Shown: one piece after another, positions 61,979 through 64,000 of the stretch | How positions within the stretch are numbered: position 1 is the first letter of the stretch | Layout of the letters: every line of letters starts with the position of its first letter | Assembly (NCBI GenBank): GCA_002104905.1 | Contig: MCFE01000213.1 | Location: 1-64,000, forward strand | DNA from: Basidiobolus meristosporus CBS 931.73 | Lineage: Eukaryota; Fungi; Basidiobolomycota | Reading direction: 5' to 3' | Length of the DNA: 64,000 bases | Program-made: the position numbers and the translations under genes | The notes under the pieces: generated by a model | Databases searched by the model: none | The model's input: only the letters and a program-made list of their open reading frames with translations | Told to the model about the DNA's origin: nothing

Positions 61979-63684
61979 TCAAATGGGGTTTGGTGGCTTC
62001 TCAACATGAATTCTTGGTACATCCAAGCTGAGTTTTTCTATTGAAAGTGAAGCAGCCGGATCATCAAACGATGGCAAATCGGCAGACTTCGAATTTTCCT
62101 CGGCAATCCGAGGAATGCCTGGGGACAATGAAGTCCGAGGGCTGGGACTAGGGCTGCGACTTTGACTCGATATGTCTCGACTCTCTACGCTCATAGAATC
62201 TGAAGAACGGCTCCATCGTCTGCTCATACGGTTGACGATAGTAATTACCTCTACAGCTTTGCGAAGTGTACGACGAGGATTGAAATTTTCGCGTACGTTA
62301 CTAAGGAGATCGACTTCATGCGCAGTTTGACCCGCCAACCATCGATGGTGTAACGCTTGTGCGGCAGTAAAGCGCGTGTCTGGATTAGGATCTAAGAGAT
62401 GACTAATAAAATCCTTCGCTGGATGAAAAGCAGAGGCTCAGCTAAGCTGTGGACGAAGAGTCTAAATACAAAAAAGTACCATCTTCAGATACATTGCACC
62501 AATATTTCTCATCGAACCTATATTTGGCTCTGCGCAGAGCATTTAGATACTCAGGGTGACCTTCCCATCGTTGGAATGGTAGATATCCACAGAGTCTGGT
62601 GTTGGTATTCATCTAACTTAGTCCGAGTACGATGAGGGTCAATGTTCATAATGTGAACTTACAGGATGTATGTAATGACTCTACAGAAAAAAGACAAGCT
62701 ATGAGCTGATGATTTCCTTAGGAAATTGAATGTAAATGAAATACCAACCCAATGCTCCACATATCAACTGGCTTTCCGTATCCTCTTTTCCAGAGAATTT
62801 CTGGCGCTATGTTGGTAGGAACGTGGATGTTAATTGCACAGCCCGTTGCAAAGCATGGAATACATCTTGTCACCTGTGTATCCTCGCGACCCGCAAACAG
62901 TTCTTAATATATCTTCATCGTCGGTTACGGATTTCGCAACTCTGAACATCAGTTAGAAAAGGAAGATCTCTAATAGTAAGTATGCATGGTCTCACCCGAA
63001 GTCTACGACCATCAGAGGAGCGTCAGGACTAGGATCCTTGAATAGGAGGTTCTCTGGTTTTAAGTCTACATCAAGGATTGTAGTTTCTCAGTATGCTGAG
63101 TAGTGCTGAAGTATGACCTGCGTAGAAATTACCTCTATGTACAACATTCTCTCGATGTAGATATGCGACGGTATCAATCAAAGTATGCACAACCTTGACG
63201 GCATCTTTCTCCGTGAATTTGCCTTGCTCGATGATTCGATCAAAAAGCTCACCTCCACGAACACTGTAAATTGGGAGTTACTCACCATATCTGACGAAAG
63301 GATCGCAGGAAAGGCCAGGGCAAAGATACTTACAGCTCGAATACCAAATAGAATTTTGTTTTTGATTCGAACCAGTCAATCAAGCCTACCACATTGGGAT
63401 GTTGGAGTTTTTTGACCGTCGCAAGCTCTCTATAAACCATATCCAGGCGATCACCTAAGCGTTCCTTCAGTATAACCTTGATCGCCACCAGTTGTCCTGT
63501 TTTAGTAACTTGAGCCTCCTTCACTTCTCCATAACTGCCAGAACCTAAGAAGAATGTATTTTGTGGGTAGGTTGATTTTACGGCCCTTGGTCTATTTCCA
63601 GATACCTAGTACTTTCCCGATCTTGTACTGCCTTTTTTTTTCGTGGCTAGCTGGTTGTCCTAGAAGTTTATCAACCAAGTTCAT
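61979..63684 (-). CDS. CMK1: Ca2+/calmodulin-dependent protein kinase (CaMK I/Cmk1-2-like), multi-exon
   Basis: Hand-spliced: MNLVDKLLGQPASHEKKRQYKIGKVL|GSGSYG, VAIK, FEL|VRGGELFDRI, HR|DLKPENLL, DFG, and a CaM-binding-like NFNPRRTLRKAVEVI. Confidence 0.9.
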
Positions 63685-64000
63685 ACTCGCTTATACTGGC
63701 TGGATATTTGTAGACAAATGACTAGCAAAGGGTGGAAGTAATAGCGTTATAATGGTATTGGCTATTCTAGTCATGTGGATACCCTATCACCTAACCCTCG
63801 GCGACCAAATCAAGCCAGTTTCAACTCAATGTTCATCAATGAGCTTAGCCAATGGACAGCAGGCTCGCACACAAGTATAATCAGGATATAGAGAGCATAT
63901 GTAAAACGATTGGTTTTGGCTAGGATTATAGAGACATCAATATCCAAGCCCATGTGCCTCTATACCCGGGTTTCATGGCCAGCATATGTATAGATAATCT

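Noticed and set aside
63286-63290. Apparent 5-nt micro-exon (CAG|ATATG|GTGAGT) inside CaMK intron 63264-63333
   Set aside because: The single-intron splice already gives FELVRGGELF; inclusion would frameshift and leave a ~22-nt intron.
1-64000. Numerous 60-150 aa antisense or alternate-frame ORFs; CRISPR arrays, rRNA and tRNA genes
   Set aside because: The short ORFs overlap well-supported genes and lack motifs; no regularly spaced repeats or structured-RNA signatures were seen.

Overview
This is eukaryotic DNA from a fungal genome, probably an early-diverging lineage (Mucoromycota/Zoopagomycota-like). That placement is inferred from gene content, such as the stand-alone tandem-PAS protein, and from short (~54-76 nt) GT-AG introns with CTAAC/CTAAT branch sites. 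The ORF track fragments most genes, so I rebuilt spliced models by hand. About 24 protein-coding genes are supported: copper amine oxidase, two alpha/beta hydrolases, a 7TM receptor, PTC7-type phosphatase, SKP1, an inverted pair of uncharacterised YWWG-motif paralogues, a 15-exon WD40 protein, TIM23, a C2H2 factor, dUTPase, HAP5/NF-YC, EFR3, TES1, a 4CL-like ligase, a tandem-PAS protein, two small secreted proteins, a small STGSxGW-domain protein, CPA1, a CaMK and two orphans. The top finding is a spliced arginine-attenuator-peptide uORF (MYFHTQEKNSSDYISDQ|IWKALNQTN) in front of CPA1, which the ORF track cannot see. Retaining its intron would give a 109-codon ORF overlapping the CPA1 start out of frame, and two Gcn4-type sites lie upstream. 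The window also holds a ~4 kb almost CpG-free decayed transposon, a second copy of one of its ends, and several highly decayed L1/Tx1-like retroelement relics in intergenic spacers. I found no convincing tRNA, rRNA or CRISPR array. All homology calls come from motif recognition by eye; no searches were run.
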